From the NCBI GenBank assembly GCA_000934665.2, contig JYFJ02002563.1, positions 1 to 54,715 of the forward strand: a DNA stretch of 54,715 bases. The letters run 5' to 3'. The DNA is from Catajapyx aquilonaris. Taxonomy: Eukaryota. The notes under the pieces were generated by a model, which ran no database searches, was not told where the DNA came from, and was given only the letters and a program-made list of their open reading frames with translations. Shown one piece after another: positions 1-12,580 of this stretch (position 1 is its first letter; every line of letters begins with the position of its first letter). Made by a program: the position numbers and the translations under genes.

Positions 1-189
1 ACAGTTCAGTGTTCGTGCAGTGTCGGAACATGAGCGGAAATCATGGCACGGCGGACATGAACCGTCTCCAAGGTTACAAGCCAAAGGAAGGCTTTTCAAG
101 TGGGAATTTGAGTGGGGCACGTGGGACGTTGTGGAAGGATGAAACGTGGGCCGGAAAAAAATAAAAAATAAAGTAGAACCAGACCTTAC

Positions 190-3100
190 CTTGCCGACCT
201 CGTTCTCAATGATCTCAGGTGTAAAGTTCTCTATCCTGTCTCGTACAGACACCGACAATAATTCCTAAAAGCCCAACGACATCGGATCGATCCCTTTCCG
301 CTTCCCCAACAAATTCCTTCCTTCCTTTTGGCTCCTAAGCCACGGCTCTCTCTCATATTTCCATCCTGCTGGCAATATTCATCCTGAGACGCTTCTTTTT
401 TGGGGGGGTGGGAGGAGGGTGATAGGGGAAGGAGAAAATGGAAATAATGCGAAAAAATCAATTCCTCTTATGTGGAAGTAAATTCTTTTGTGATGTGGCT
501 TGGGAGTGATAGATTTGTTACGAGTTTTCAGCATACGGTGCGCAAAAAGGAATTTCAGTCCTATGCGCTTTTAAGTAATTTAAAGGGATCAGCAGGTTCA
601 TCGCCTAATTTTGAACAATGATGATAGAGTGACTGTGCGGGTTTTTATCGAGCACACTGATTGCTGGGACTCACGAAGAGTTGGTTTAGACGCCCTTGAA
701 ATTAGGCAGCGGTAATCAATTACTCAGGGAGTAACGTCTGAAAATTGGAAAGAAAAATGGCGAGTCCTCTTCAGTATAGGGATGAGAAAAGGTATCCATA
801 ATAGATCATAGGACTCTCGCAGAGTTAGAATTGTTGGACTTGTTGACAGTTGGCTAATCCGCAGTAAATTATTGAGCTCCTTATTCCTTATTTAAACATC
901 GCGGAGAGATTATAAATCCCATTATTTTGCATACTGCTGTTCATTAGTGCGTTAATTACCTAATATGCCCAATAATTTCCATTGTGTCAACTTTCACAAT
1001 AGTGCCCCAATAATAATTAACCAAAAATTAATTAACCGTTAATGTCAGAGTGCGTAATTGTTCCATCATTACCAATGCTTGAATTGTGTATTCGTAGTCA
1101 AAATATTTCGCCAAGGTACATTTTGGGATATATTTTTCATAATATTCCCGTGTCAATTTTCAACATTCCCACGACGGACGTGTGTGTGCTCATTGCGGCG
1201 ACTGGTCGCAATTCAGTTCAAACACGTTAATGATTCCGAATAAGCCCCATGACATAGCGGTACCTCTAATCTTCCAGGCTATAACGTTAACGGGGTTTGA
1301 TCTGTATTCGCATTAAGATAAAGACCCCCAACATTTGGTCGGATATACGGGGAGCATGCTTGAGTGGATTAACCCAGATGCGTCCCCTTTTCCAGACCAC
1401 TCGACTGGATGCTCAGCGAAAAAGATCGATCCATTTCCAATTAACGGAATCGGTAGGGAACCACGAATCATCTTCTATATATCCCACCCTTTTTATTGCA
1501 GCTCCGATTCGCCTTTTGGGAGGATTACTTCTCTCGCTGTTTTTTCGCCCCAAAATCCCCGCAGTAATCAAGCGTCAGCCTCGGGAGGGGGGGAGGGGGT
1601 AAATATCATGGATATATCCAGGGCTTGTCGTGTTGCAGCAATTTATGCCAACTCACTGTTAGTTGACCATCTAATTAGTCACCCTTTGCTGGTGTCCGAA
1701 AAAAGGGCAGAGCAATTACGAAAACCTGCCCAATGAAAATTGCGAATCTGTGGTGCTGCATGGGGAAGGTCTCCCCACGGGGCTTTCCTAACTGGACAAA
1801 CCTCTCTCATATTTCAGGATATACGTCCACCTCTATATGTCTGTTGGATGAATCTAGCGGGGACTGTGGCTATAGACTCATGCTGGAACAAAAGAGAGCA
1901 CTTGACCTGCTTCAACAAACTTGCCAACTTTTAGTCACCTTCTAATCTTGGGTCTCGCTTCCTGGAGCCAAAACTCGCGGTTTTTGTCTGAGGTGCACAG
2001 CATACAGGCGCACAAAGACATGTGTGCCTCAGCCGGGAAGGAATGCGACATTCCTGCACATTGTTGTGGAGAGGAACAGACGGCGACGACGTTTGTGCAT
2101 AGTTGTGGTACCAAGCATCCCAGTCACGAGGCATCAATTATCTCAATTGCGAAAATTCTAGTAAACTCGCTGCCAATTTTTTTCTCGTCCATCGAATGAT
2201 AGTACAGCGCTGGAGGCCGATTTACCACTTAATACTATCATTCACGCATAGATGGCACACCCTTCCTTTGCACGTTCCTGCCACTCCCAAGTCGTGCGGA
2301 TAATAGTGGAACTATCAGGTCGGACAAACATCCGACGACGAGAATAAGCGGATTAGAAGAATAATTTTTTTGGAGGTCCATTTCCGTGCACTTAGACCTG
2401 AAACTCTAGGAGAAAACACCACTCTAAATCCACCTCGATGAGTCTGCAGGTGCGAAGATGCCTGCAGCGGTGTTTAAAACCCAGAGAAAGTGTTGGCAAA
2501 GTGATTTGGGATTCCCTGCAGCCAAAACCTGGCTCCTTTTCATTCTCCCTAGAGAGGCTGTGCCGAAAGGGGAGAGAAAGAGAGAAAAAAAAAAAAGTTC
2601 GTCAAAAAAAAACTAAGAAGGAAGGTTGTGGGTAGAGTGTGCAAGAGATGAGAAAAATGGGATGATGCAGCATCCACTTTTGCGTGTGGACAGAAGATAG
2701 TGTCGGAAACACCTGCTGAATCCCTAAGTTTCTTTCCTCCTCCAGACTCCCAGAACTCTAACTCGATTCTTTTCCAGCCAGAAACACACAAGTTCCCTAA
2801 CCTGCCTCAAGGACCTGAACTCGACACTTCGGCGACAATTTAGGGAACAATTGGACCGTTTCGTGACGTTCGGGCCTGCCAGTTGCGACAATGGAGGGGC
2901 CCCCAGAGTCGACAATGGTCCGAAATTATTGTGGAAAACTGTCTTGCGACTTGCCCGTAATTAAACTGGCTTTCAACCGGTTTAAATGAATTAATAGGAC
3001 GCCCCGTCGAGAGGGGGGTTTTACATTGTGTAATCCCTCGCAGCATTGTCAGGCTGGAGATGCACGAGGCTTGCAATTGTCAGCCCCATGATTTTGGTTG

Positions 3101-6100
3101 GGACATGTCCTGATATTTCTCTGAAAGCAATTTCTCACCCGAGTGTCTGTACACCTGAGAGACAGCCCATGTCTTTAAGAAGTTGGTTCAATACCTTGTT
3201 AAATATACCTCGAAAGGTAGTAATTATAAATGGTTGGACATCTAATCTTCATCAAACATGGCGTGCACCATATCAAAACAAATTAAACTTAGTGGTCCAC
3301 GCCTCGCTACCCATTTCCCACCGTATCCTAAAGTCTAGATTTTTTTTTTTGATGGCAGGCTGATTGCGAATCCAGGGCATGCAAATCCTACTCCTTGCGA
3401 ATGCAAATGATCACTGGTGGGATCCATACTAAGCGGTCTTAGATATTTTTAATGATTATTGCGAATCTCTGCAGTGAAACCTGTCTATATATATAGCGCA
3501 GTATTTTCCATTTGAAAATATGGACGCACGTGCGTTGATCACTGGCAATATATTTGGCACGCGAATATCCGAAAAACATGGGCGAGTCAAAGTGTTAATT
3601 GCAATAATGAATGTACGTGGGAAATTCTCCCACGCCTTTTCCATAATGAAAGGAGCGACCGGGACAGGATGTGATGAGCCATTGAACCGGGATCTTTTCA
3701 CAAAAATTGACAGCGACGTCCTGAAAAGAGCACGGCGCCCCTGCTATAATTCAATAGACGTTGCATTAGCGGAATTTACGAGAAGTTTGAAAGCGCTCAC
3801 CTGAGTGTCACACGCTGCAGATTTTCCCAAAAAAGCGCACGAAAAACACTTATTTCCACCGATTCGCAAAAATTTGCGGTTTAATGCCCCAAAAACAATA
3901 CACACTGTGCACTAACACTCGCACTCACATCCACTGTGTTTTCCAATAATGCCCCGATTTTTTTTATCAACAAATCCAAAAGCATGAGTTGAGAGAATAT
4001 TGAGGAGACACCTAATGGGAACATGCCCCGAAGGCTGCCTCCATCGCACTGAAGCTGAGCCGACAAACGGAGCTTCTCTCTACCCCCCCCCCCCNNNNNN
4101 AACCTCCGATCCACCCCTCCACCCTCCTCTTCCCCCCCCCCTCTCCCCACCCACTGGGGAGGACCTCACTTTCCCACACACACTCCCCTTCTAGTATAAA
4201 CCACTCTACCAACCTCAATGCGCATATCATTTCCTAAAAATATGACCAAAAATGGGGGTTAATACGACCTGTTATTTTTTTCCCCCATGAGACAAACAAG
4301 GCCGCAAAACCGCACTCATTTTTTTAATGAAAATACATGAGAAATAATCACACTGTTATAAAAATTAATGCATATAAATAGGCCTATTATTACGTATTTA
4401 CTATTTATTCACGCACAGATGGCGCGCCCTTCCCTTGAACACTCCTGCCACTCTCAAGTCGTACGGGAGATAGTGGTACTATCAGGTCGGACAAACATCC
4501 GACGGAGAGAATAAGCTGATTAGCACATGTGTTAGCACCTGATTTGAACGAAACTTTGTGCCCATAACTTTTAGAAGCAATAGACGCTCTCGTGTTGGTA
4601 ATGTGGGTGCAGATTAATATCGTGGGGAAAATGTTGACAATCCAGATATGGCTCCATGCAGGATTAATAATTACTTTTGCAAAAAAAAAAAAAAACAATG
4701 AATATTACCACACTTGTTCCTGCCTTCCGTGGATATTGCATGATCGGCCTTGGCTTTTTTAATGTTCTGAGCTATACACAGCACATACTGTGTACTTGCT
4801 GAGAAAATGTCTGGAAGTACCGCACAACTTATATAATATAATCAGCATATATTTCAGCATAAGTTACATTGCTTGAACAGTGTAACCATCATACAAGTGT
4901 AACCTCTCCAATAAGCTGAGTTGGGTGTGGCCAGAATTGGACAGATCTATTCAATTATATAGGACACACGGCAGTGGATGTGAGTCAAGGGAAACTCCGT
5001 CCATTTCCCTCCCCTGCCAGAAATAAAGTTCTACTCCCGAGGAAGCCACAGTAAATTCCTTACACGCCATTAGGGAAATCGCCTTCTGGAAGGAAAAATG
5101 TGCCGACCTCCCCCAGTCCTGTATAACAGATAACCTTTCCTATAAACTGTATGTCNCCCCCCCCCCATCCTTCCCCTTCTCTCTATCTCAAGAGAGAAGA
5201 AGATATCCCTTGCACAGTAAGAGAGAATCTCCTTTTACAAACACCCTGTACATCTGAGTTCGAGATTGAACGCGTCATTTGGCATTCATGAAGCTCAACT
5301 TTTAATCTTCTTTCGAATTTGGAGGAATGAAGGAACTGGAGGGACCTTCTTCAGATAAGCAGTTCTTTCATTAGAAAACTGATTTTTTTCCCCCCCTCCA
5401 GTCCTGATCATTCGGAATCAAGAGAGGATTATTTGAGTTGGGGGAGAAAATAAATGAGAGATGTTGGAACAAAATATGTCGCGTCATTCTCAAGGTGAGC
5501 TCCCATCGCATCATGAGCTGATGGGAACAGTAAATATTGTCCGGGTAATATTAATAATTCTGGGCTTATTTTATGGGGAAGTGTGCGATGATCATATGTC
5601 CTTGGCTCTTGGATGATGAATTTGTAGGAAAGGAAAACACTACGGTACGTTATCATCATGACAATATTTGTCACTTACTGCGAAAATAATCGCAAAAATA
5701 TGAGAGCAAAATGTGCATATCAATCAATATTATCCACCATGAATGGGTTTAAATAAATAAATACAGATCAATCAATGAGCTGATATGTTGAATTCAACAT
5801 ATGACCAGACAATGTTACAATATTATACAAGTAAGAAGGTCTTCAACTACAGTACCGTTATTAAAAGCAGGCTTGTCAAAGCATACCGCACACTGTACAC
5901 GATCAAAGATAAGTTTAACTGCATACGCAACGCAAAAAGCTCTTTTGGATCCATATCAAAGCTGACAGCAAGTTTTTTGCAAAATCAGCTTTGATGCCAA
6001 TCTTGAGAATAAGGGTTGTGCTCAAGTGTATAAATAAATCGTTCATCACGATTTGCATAGAATAACAGCAAGAGTAATATGGGCAGAGTTAATATAATTC

Positions 6101-9100
6101 ACTAATTTTCTGCCATTATGCTATGTATGAGGTGTAATTAGCACAGTATGAATTTGAACACTATTTTTTTATATAGAAAATAATATTTCACTGCCTACTG
6201 CTGCTAGTGTGGATGTGGTTGCCATCTGTGGAGCACTAGACACATCCCTGGGTCTATATGACGCAGGCAGAGGGCGCCTCCATCTCTTTCTCTCTAATTC
6301 TCTCTGCTTAGCGTTGGAGATCGTACGATAATTTAGGGACCTTTTTTGACTTTAGGGACGATGATTTCTAAATTGAAAGTCAGATTTCCAATGTTGTCCC
6401 ATGTTGGTGAAATCGACACATATAGAGTTGGATGAGCTGAATCAAATGCGCTATGGGACAATATTTTCTCTGACAAACCATTTGGTCGTTGTAGTTAGTT
6501 ACAGAGCTGTATAGGTTTGCAGCAATATAAATTGATCTACAATACCTCGACATAAAAGTGTATCGCATCAGGCTATACATGCAAAATAATGGTCCTTATT
6601 GGGTACCCTGATAGTCGATGAATACATGAACCATGGAGCCCAACATATTTCACTGCAAGTCACACAGTGTTCAATTATTCAAAAGTGCATGGCAGGTCCA
6701 GAAAAAAATACAGCATGAAATAAAAATGAAATGATTAATACTGAAAGGGACTTGCCATTCCACTAGTAGAGGTGCTCCTCTGCAGCAGCATCATCTGGCT
6801 CGAAGGAATCTTCAATTGATGTCCGGCGCCTGGCCCAGCAGGTACCACAACACGCTGGCTACATGTACGAAGCATCCCAACGTCCTCGCACCAGATTTGC
6901 ACTGGCAGTACCACCAGTGTGAGAGGTCGAGATGGATTGGTGAAAGGCCACGTCACCGCCAGCGACAAGGCTCCAACTCATGGTGCCGGACGCTTTCCCC
7001 GCTTTTTTATTCTTTACTCAAAAACCAAAGTAATGTAAACAATAATTATTGAACGAAATTTTGGAATGTTGGCCTAAAGTGAAGTTACTTAGCAGGAAAC
7101 ATGCCGTGCCATCCAGCCCCTCGAGGGACATATAGCACGCTAACTACACAACAATGCAAAATCGCAAACAAGTTTCAATAATTATGTCATAATGGATGCA
7201 GTACTTGCCCAGAAAATACCTGAGTTTCCTGCGTCTCCTGTTAGTTCATAGATATTAAAGGCTGGCCTTTAATATTCCATGACCTAGTTCAAATGGGTGT
7301 AGCATGTTCTTCTGGTACCTTTGTAGTGCCATTATGGGAGTACGATAATGTAACGGCGGAAGGGGGACAGAGTAGGTCACAAACAGCACTGATGTACTAC
7401 AAACCGGCATCGTAGTATATCACATGCCATAACACTAAATAATCATATCAAAGATACCAACACATAACCATATTTAGTACCACATCACTGTTTACCTTAA
7501 AACAATGCAATACAGTGGGGGATGCTACAAAGTACAGAGCAAAACATTTTGTTCAACGATTATGCCTCATTGTTGAGCCATATAAATTATCAGTGCAAAG
7601 GGCTGGTGGTACGTTACCCTGCGGATTGGTATAAGGTTCCGACCATAGATATTAATATCTATGGTTCCGACGTACTCCCACTTATAAATGGCCGGTACCT
7701 CTTCTGCCGAATGACTCTAAAAAGGCCCAATAAATTACACACTGCGAGATGAAAATGGCCTTATGCCCACACCGACGGGGGTGACCTGACAGGTCCAATG
7801 GGCAAGCAAACGGTGACTCTAAGAGGTCAGTTGTATTTACGCAGTGACCTCGGACCACTGAGCTATCCATACCAGTACATATTGGACGGGCCAACAGGTG
7901 ACCGTCCGTTCGTCCGACATCCGTCTGTGTGGGCATCACGACCACGATTGGGCCCACAAAGTGACGGAAGAGACGGACAGAATAATAATTCTCAGTTGAT
8001 TGCAGACACCTACCCTGAAGAAAGAGAAAACGCTCCTGTACATATATGACCTGACTTAGCCTGATCTACAGTATGAAAAAGATTTAACCTCAGGTGGTGC
8101 TGAAAGGTGGTGCTCAGCCTGCTCTCTACAAAATAATCGGATTTCGATCAGACGCGTATATTCTGCTTCATCTACGCGTCTATATGGCTTCTCAGCGACG
8201 CAAAGAGAGCCACATCCGGCATACCACAACCCAAAACAATACGACAAACATGTAGGCTGAAAAGAAAACATGCCTGTAAAAAAAACGACGTAGACAGTTC
8301 AGACTATATCTGAACGGGTCATATGAAATTACCATGAGTGATGTTCATCATACAGTATTACCCATGGAAGCTTTCCACATACTGCACCATACACGATACA
8401 CCATACTTTTTGAACAGTCACTACATGATTACCAAGACCGTGATCATCATATACCCGTGGAATAAGCTTTCCACATAATTATATTATACACTGCCAGTGA
8501 CTTGCACCATTCATTTGGCGACGGGCAACTAACATTCGCACTGCTCGAAAAATTACCTTCATGTTGCCCTGGCCAGTTACATAAAAATTATAATTACACT
8601 CTCACACCTCTTATTGCACTGTGCTCAATTTCCCGCTCATTATGCGCTGTACTTGGCCATTTTTCTAAAAGCTGAATATTCGGCGCGATAGTGACAAAAT
8701 AACTTTTTTTTTGCACCCCCTATACCTCTCCATGAGATAGGTTACACGCTCTAAATAAAGGATGAGAATTATCTTGGAAAATCGCTTGCACATTATGAAA
8801 TCAAGAGTGAATATCTGTGCAAATATTTTGAAACTACTTATTTTTATCACAATCACACCGTGTAATAGGGCACTTGAGCACATGAATATTCTTACCAACC
8901 AATAATGTATGACGTACCTGAATGTTGAACTGGAATTAAACAAGATTAAAACACACGCAATGAAATGTATACACTTGCGCAATAGACCTGAAATTCATCC
9001 AGGTCACGCGCCTCTCTCTACAACATTGCCTACTCTTTCTTGCCAACTTGAAAGATATTATGATTTTTCATAATAATATTTCTCAGTTTCGAGTATGTGA

Positions 9101-11415
9101 ATGCTGCAAAAATGTTGGCTAGTTACATCCAACGTATAATGTTTTTGATGGGATTCCTAATTATATCCAATATTATATAGTGAAAGTCCCTGTGAGCTGT
9201 GACTATTGACATCTACGCGAATGTTTCAAGTCCGTCCGATTTTCTTTGCCTCGCAGTAGCAGTTAGTAAGAGTCTGACGGCGCACAAATAACAGGCCTAA
9301 CTATTGCAGTTATCGCGGTTATTGCTTTTCGATATCGTCGGTAGAATAAGCTCAAGTGGTCCACAAAGTTCGGGTTGAAAAAGACAACCTGGGCAACAAT
9401 GTTCGGGGTCATCGTACAGCACCTTTGAATCCACCCTCGCACTGCCACCGTATATCCGGATGCTTATTCAGGGCCCTTCTCACACAAAAATATTAGGACC
9501 GTACTAATCCTAACACTAACGAGCATAATTATCTTCTCAGCTTCCGCCGACGGTTATTTCTGCAACAATCAGACTTATTGTATTAGTGGTGGCGCGATAC
9601 TAAATTGACATTATAAGAACAGAAATGTATATGATTAACTACTGGAGCTATTAGAGTCAGCACAAATGCAAAACACGTGCAATGTTTCAGTATAACAAGC
9701 GCCTCTGAGTTTAGGTTGGCATGTGCCAGTCAGATGTCGATTGACGTGCGTCCCAAGAATGAAATTCAAAAGTCTGAGATAGTGTCGTAGTTAATCTTTT
9801 AAAAAAAATTGGCATAACATGGGACATGTAAGTTGCATAATATGAGTGCTAAATGTGCACTACAACTCGAATCATTAGACACCAGGACAACGACCGCGGC
9901 CTTGAATCCCCCTCCACATTTTCCCGATTTTAAAATGTGCTGGCTTAGGTTTGAGAGGACAGCAAGTTTCAACCTAACTCGATTTCGTATCCCATCTTTT
10001 TTTTATCCCATTTTCCAGCCTCTTATCCAGTGCAATACACCAAGGTCAAATAGCCAGAAACCATTCCCACCTGCACATCTCTTTGAAGCCCTTTCGCATG
10101 CCATTGGACATTACATTGGTAAAAGGTGTTAATTATTGGGTTCAAACCAGACTTAGGTCAATTTCATAAATAAAATCTTGCACATCTCGTCGGGCCCTGG
10201 TCCATCTGAAATGGCAAAAATGGTAGAACTTACTGTTAAGGTAACTACCGGTCTGTGATGACCTGTTGACCCCGACGTGGGGCGCACTGCAACACTGATC
10301 AACCAAGCACTCTCGTAAAAATATGTGGTGCACTTCGTTTTTGAAGTCGAGTGTACCATGCGTTTCACAAATGAGATCGGGCTGTTCTGCGTCACATTGG
10401 TAGACTACAGTCTTTCAACCTTGATTTCAACCCTATTAATAACCCCAAATTTCAGTTGGTCAGAAGGACCTTATTCATCTCTTCCTACTTCACTTTGTTT
10501 AGGGCGCCACCGAAAGCAGTGGTAGCGGAGGGGATATGGTATCCGACTGCTAATCGGGAGGTCCTGGGTTCGAATCCCGGGGGCCGCCGATCCTGACCGC
10601 GTGGTTTTCTGTGGTTTCCCATGGTCTCACCAGGAAAATTCCGGGGTCGTGTCCGTAATTATAGGCCACAGCCGCTTCCTTCCGTCCCTATCCCATCCCC
10701 ATATAAGAGAAGTAAAAACGAAAGTAAGAGTTCCAGAAGAAGAAAAAATATGGTGGTATTCCACCCCCTTAAGAGGGCCCATGGCTCTAGCACGGGGTAC
10801 AAATTATTGCTTAGGGCGCCAACAACTTTTGCCAATGCGTGAGCTAAGTTATGAAACACACGCTAAAAGCTCGTCTAATGCGACGGACTACCCTCGGACT
10901 ACCCGGGGGCTGGACTACCGGGATTACATCCTGGACTACCCTCAGACAGTCAGACTACCTATCTGCTACGAAGGACTACCCTTACTCGGGGCCATGCCTC
11001 CATCTTGTAATTCGGAATCAAGATGGCGTCCTTTTTCTAGCCTCCTCCCCACTTCAATGCCGTCATCTTTTGTGTGTGTGTGTGTGATGCGAGGCTAGCC
11101 TCGCACACGAGCCCATATCGTACTTGCCCTCGCACACCAGCCCCCACCATTATTAACACCTGCCATGGACATACTTTTCAAACAAGTCAATTCTTGCCCT
11201 CAGCTCAGCCCCGAACTCTAGCCTCTAAACCCCATGTCCGCGCTCAGTTGAGACAAAGCCGCGGGTGCGAATAAAAAGGTTGACCTACTTACTTTGAATG
11301 GCCCAGGGTTCTGCCCAATGTCACAGGAGGTGTCTGCCCCTCTGTCCGTCATCGACCCCGGGTTCATTGGCCCCGGCGGCGCTAGCAGGGGGGGTGACTG
11401 ACCGCTACTCTGCAT
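190..11415 (-). CDS. 5' part of an unidentified protein-coding gene that runs off the left edge of the window
   Basis: Exon 264-190 (TTTTAG|...AAG|GTAAGG, 75 nt, phase 0/0) reads ELLSVSVRDRIENFTPEIIENEVGK. Two upstream ATG-bearing exons end in strong phase-0 donors: 11415-11293 (MQSSGQ...GPFK, AAA|GTAAGT) and 11003-10986 (MEAWPR, CGA|GTAAGG). Family not recognised, and the linkage of the exons is inferred. Confidence 0.5.
2245..2356 (+). repeat. Dispersed repeat, copy 1 (probably from a non-autonomous TE)
   Basis: Similar to 4411-4523: AGATGGC...CCCTTCC...CCTGCCACT...ACTATCAGGTCGGACAAACATCCGACG..GAGAATAAGC.GATTAG. A partial third copy lies at ~48250-48288. Confidence 0.75.
4411..4523 (+). 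repeat. Dispersed repeat, copy 2
   Basis: Direct similarity to 2245-2356. Confidence 0.75.
6212..6289 (+). repeat. Dispersed ~78-bp repeat fragment
   Basis: GAT(G/A)TGGTTGCCATCTGTGGAG..CTAGACACATCCCTGGGTC.ATATGA.GCAGGCAGAGGGCGCCTCCATCTCTTT recurs at 12251-12328. Confidence 0.85.
6813..6960 (-). mobile_element. Decayed DNA-transposon fragment (SWIM-type zinc finger)
   Basis: The minus frame reads WWYCQCKSGARTLGCFVHVASVLWYLLG, a CxC...CxH SWIM-like motif of the kind found in insect Harbinger/ISL2EU-related transposon proteins. It is flanked by stops and one Cys is replaced by Phe. Confidence 0.7.
7764..7935. mobile_element. MITE, PIF/Harbinger-like
   Basis: 15-bp terminal inverted repeats TGCCCACACCGACGG (7764-7778) and CCGTCTGTGTGGGCA (7921-7935) with 1 mismatch. 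Flanks TTA/TCA resemble a 3-bp TSD. Confidence 0.6.
10510..10806 (+). mobile_element. tRNA-derived SINE
   Basis: tRNA-like head with A box (TAGCGGAGGGG) and B box (GGTTCGAATCC). The body GGTTTTCTGTGGTTTCCC...CCAGGAAAATTCCGGG...TAGGCCACAGCCGCTTCCTTCC resembles conserved insect SINE cores. 15-bp flanking direct repeat TTG(T/C)TTAGGGCGCCA at 10495-10509 and 10807-10821. Confidence 0.85.
10885..10981. repeat. Short irregular array of GGACTACC(C) units
   Basis: Exact GGACTACC at 10885, 10896, 10912, 10933 and 10973; variants at 10921 and 10952. Confidence 0.85.
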
Positions 11416-11530
11416 GGCGCGCCTCAGGACCGCAGAGGCGAAAGCGGGGGGTGAACTGTGGTGCTTCCCCGCCAGTTCTTAGCAGCCGCTTCCTAGACGC
11501 TCATTGGCCTACGTCATGGTCATGGACCTA
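11416..11530. promoter_or_regulatory. Putative CpG-rich promoter between the divergent unknown gene and spermine synthase
   Basis: GC/CpG-rich patch with reverse CCAAT (CATTGG), a CRE-like TACGTCA and GGCGCGCC. A YY1-like AAGATGGCG lies nearby at ~11020. Confidence 0.45.
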
Positions 11531-11534
11531 TTTC

Positions 11535-11940
11535 TTCATAGGCATATTTTTTTTGCGGAGTATTTTTTTTGTGCTCCTCTAATGGTCAAAATAGTTAAAA
11601 ATAATTTGTTTCACAATTTTTTTTTGGTAACTTGAGCAAGTCACACTTATTGATTGCCCTTTTTTTTTTAGCACAAGTGATTTTCTGTCAGTGTCGGGTT
11701 TTTTTGCTCTGGTTTGTTGACCTCATATTTATGCTTTAGGCCTAGCTATAAAATTTGTATAGCTTATTAAATTTTTTTGTAACATTATGCCCGCAAAATT
11801 TTAATTTTTTGGTGCTTTTTCCAGGTTTTTTCATACGTGCTTTTTTCATGGTTAATATTTTTCGTGCCTATATTTCAGGGGGGTTTTCGTGCCTAATTAT
11901 TCAAGGGTACACTTTTCGTGCCTAAAAATCCGGACTCTAA
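11535..11940. mobile_element. T-rich MITE-like relic
   Basis: Three TTTTCGTGCCTA subterminal repeats ending in AAAAATCCGGACTCTA, with an inverted TAGGCA at the left end. The left terminus is degenerate. Confidence 0.35.
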
Positions 11941-12250
11941 TTATCCTGAGGTTGTAAAGTGTTCTTGTGCAAATCATCAGCTCACATACCGTCTGTTATG
12001 AAATATTCTTTATTAATAATTGGCATCTCCATACTTCAATGTACAGTACACATCAATGTACAGTACATATGATGGTAATAATCAAGTGATGGACGATATC
12101 AAGTGACTGACGATACCAAGTAGTAGAATCAAAAGTAGTCGATACTATAGTCTGTGGATATCATCAAAAGAGGAAAAAAAGCATGACCTCAAAAAAATTA
12201 TTAAAATTATTTAAAATATTTATTTTGATTATAGCCACATTATTTGCTAG

Positions 12251-12328
12251 GATATGGTTGCCATCTGTGGAGTGCTAGACACATCCCTGGGTCCATATGA
12301 AGCAGGCAGAGGGCGCCTCCATCTCTTT
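12251..12328 (+). repeat. Second copy of the 6212-6289 repeat, just upstream of spermine synthase
   Basis: Direct sequence similarity to 6212-6289. Confidence 0.85.
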
Positions 12329-12580
12329 GGCAAGGCTTCCTTCCCCCTTCCTTGTCTCTCTTTGCAGCCAGCCACAGGGTCCACCAGAAGCTCCTCCTGG
12401 GATATATACCCCCCCACCACAAAGTCTGGCTGTTGCATGAAGGCCTGTTGGATGAGCAGCAACAAGTACCACCCAGGTTCCTCACTCTGCGTCAGGTAAT
12501 GTCATACAGTCCGCAATAGTGCCGCTGAAACATAAATGTTTTGTTACGCAGCTGCAAGCCCTGCATTTGACAGTTCCAAG

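Noticed and set aside
4082..4145. Poly-C tracts with N bases (also 5156, 44481)
   Set aside because: Homopolymer sequencing/assembly ambiguity; no biological claim is supportable.
8056..8271. Minus-strand ORF with acceptor-like sites inside the long intron
   Set aside because: Weak donor, no recognisable protein features, and not needed to keep the frame.
10515..10590. Possible tRNA-Ser(GCT) gene
   Set aside because: No long variable arm, poor acceptor stem, and it continues into a SINE body with a TSD.
10885..10981. CRISPR-like repeat array
   Set aside because: Units are 8-9 bp with tiny irregular spacers, the context is eukaryotic, and there are no cas genes.
10601..11098. 165-aa ORF with repeated DY motifs
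   Set aside because: Made of SINE sequence plus the GGACTAC array; GTG start; no splice support.
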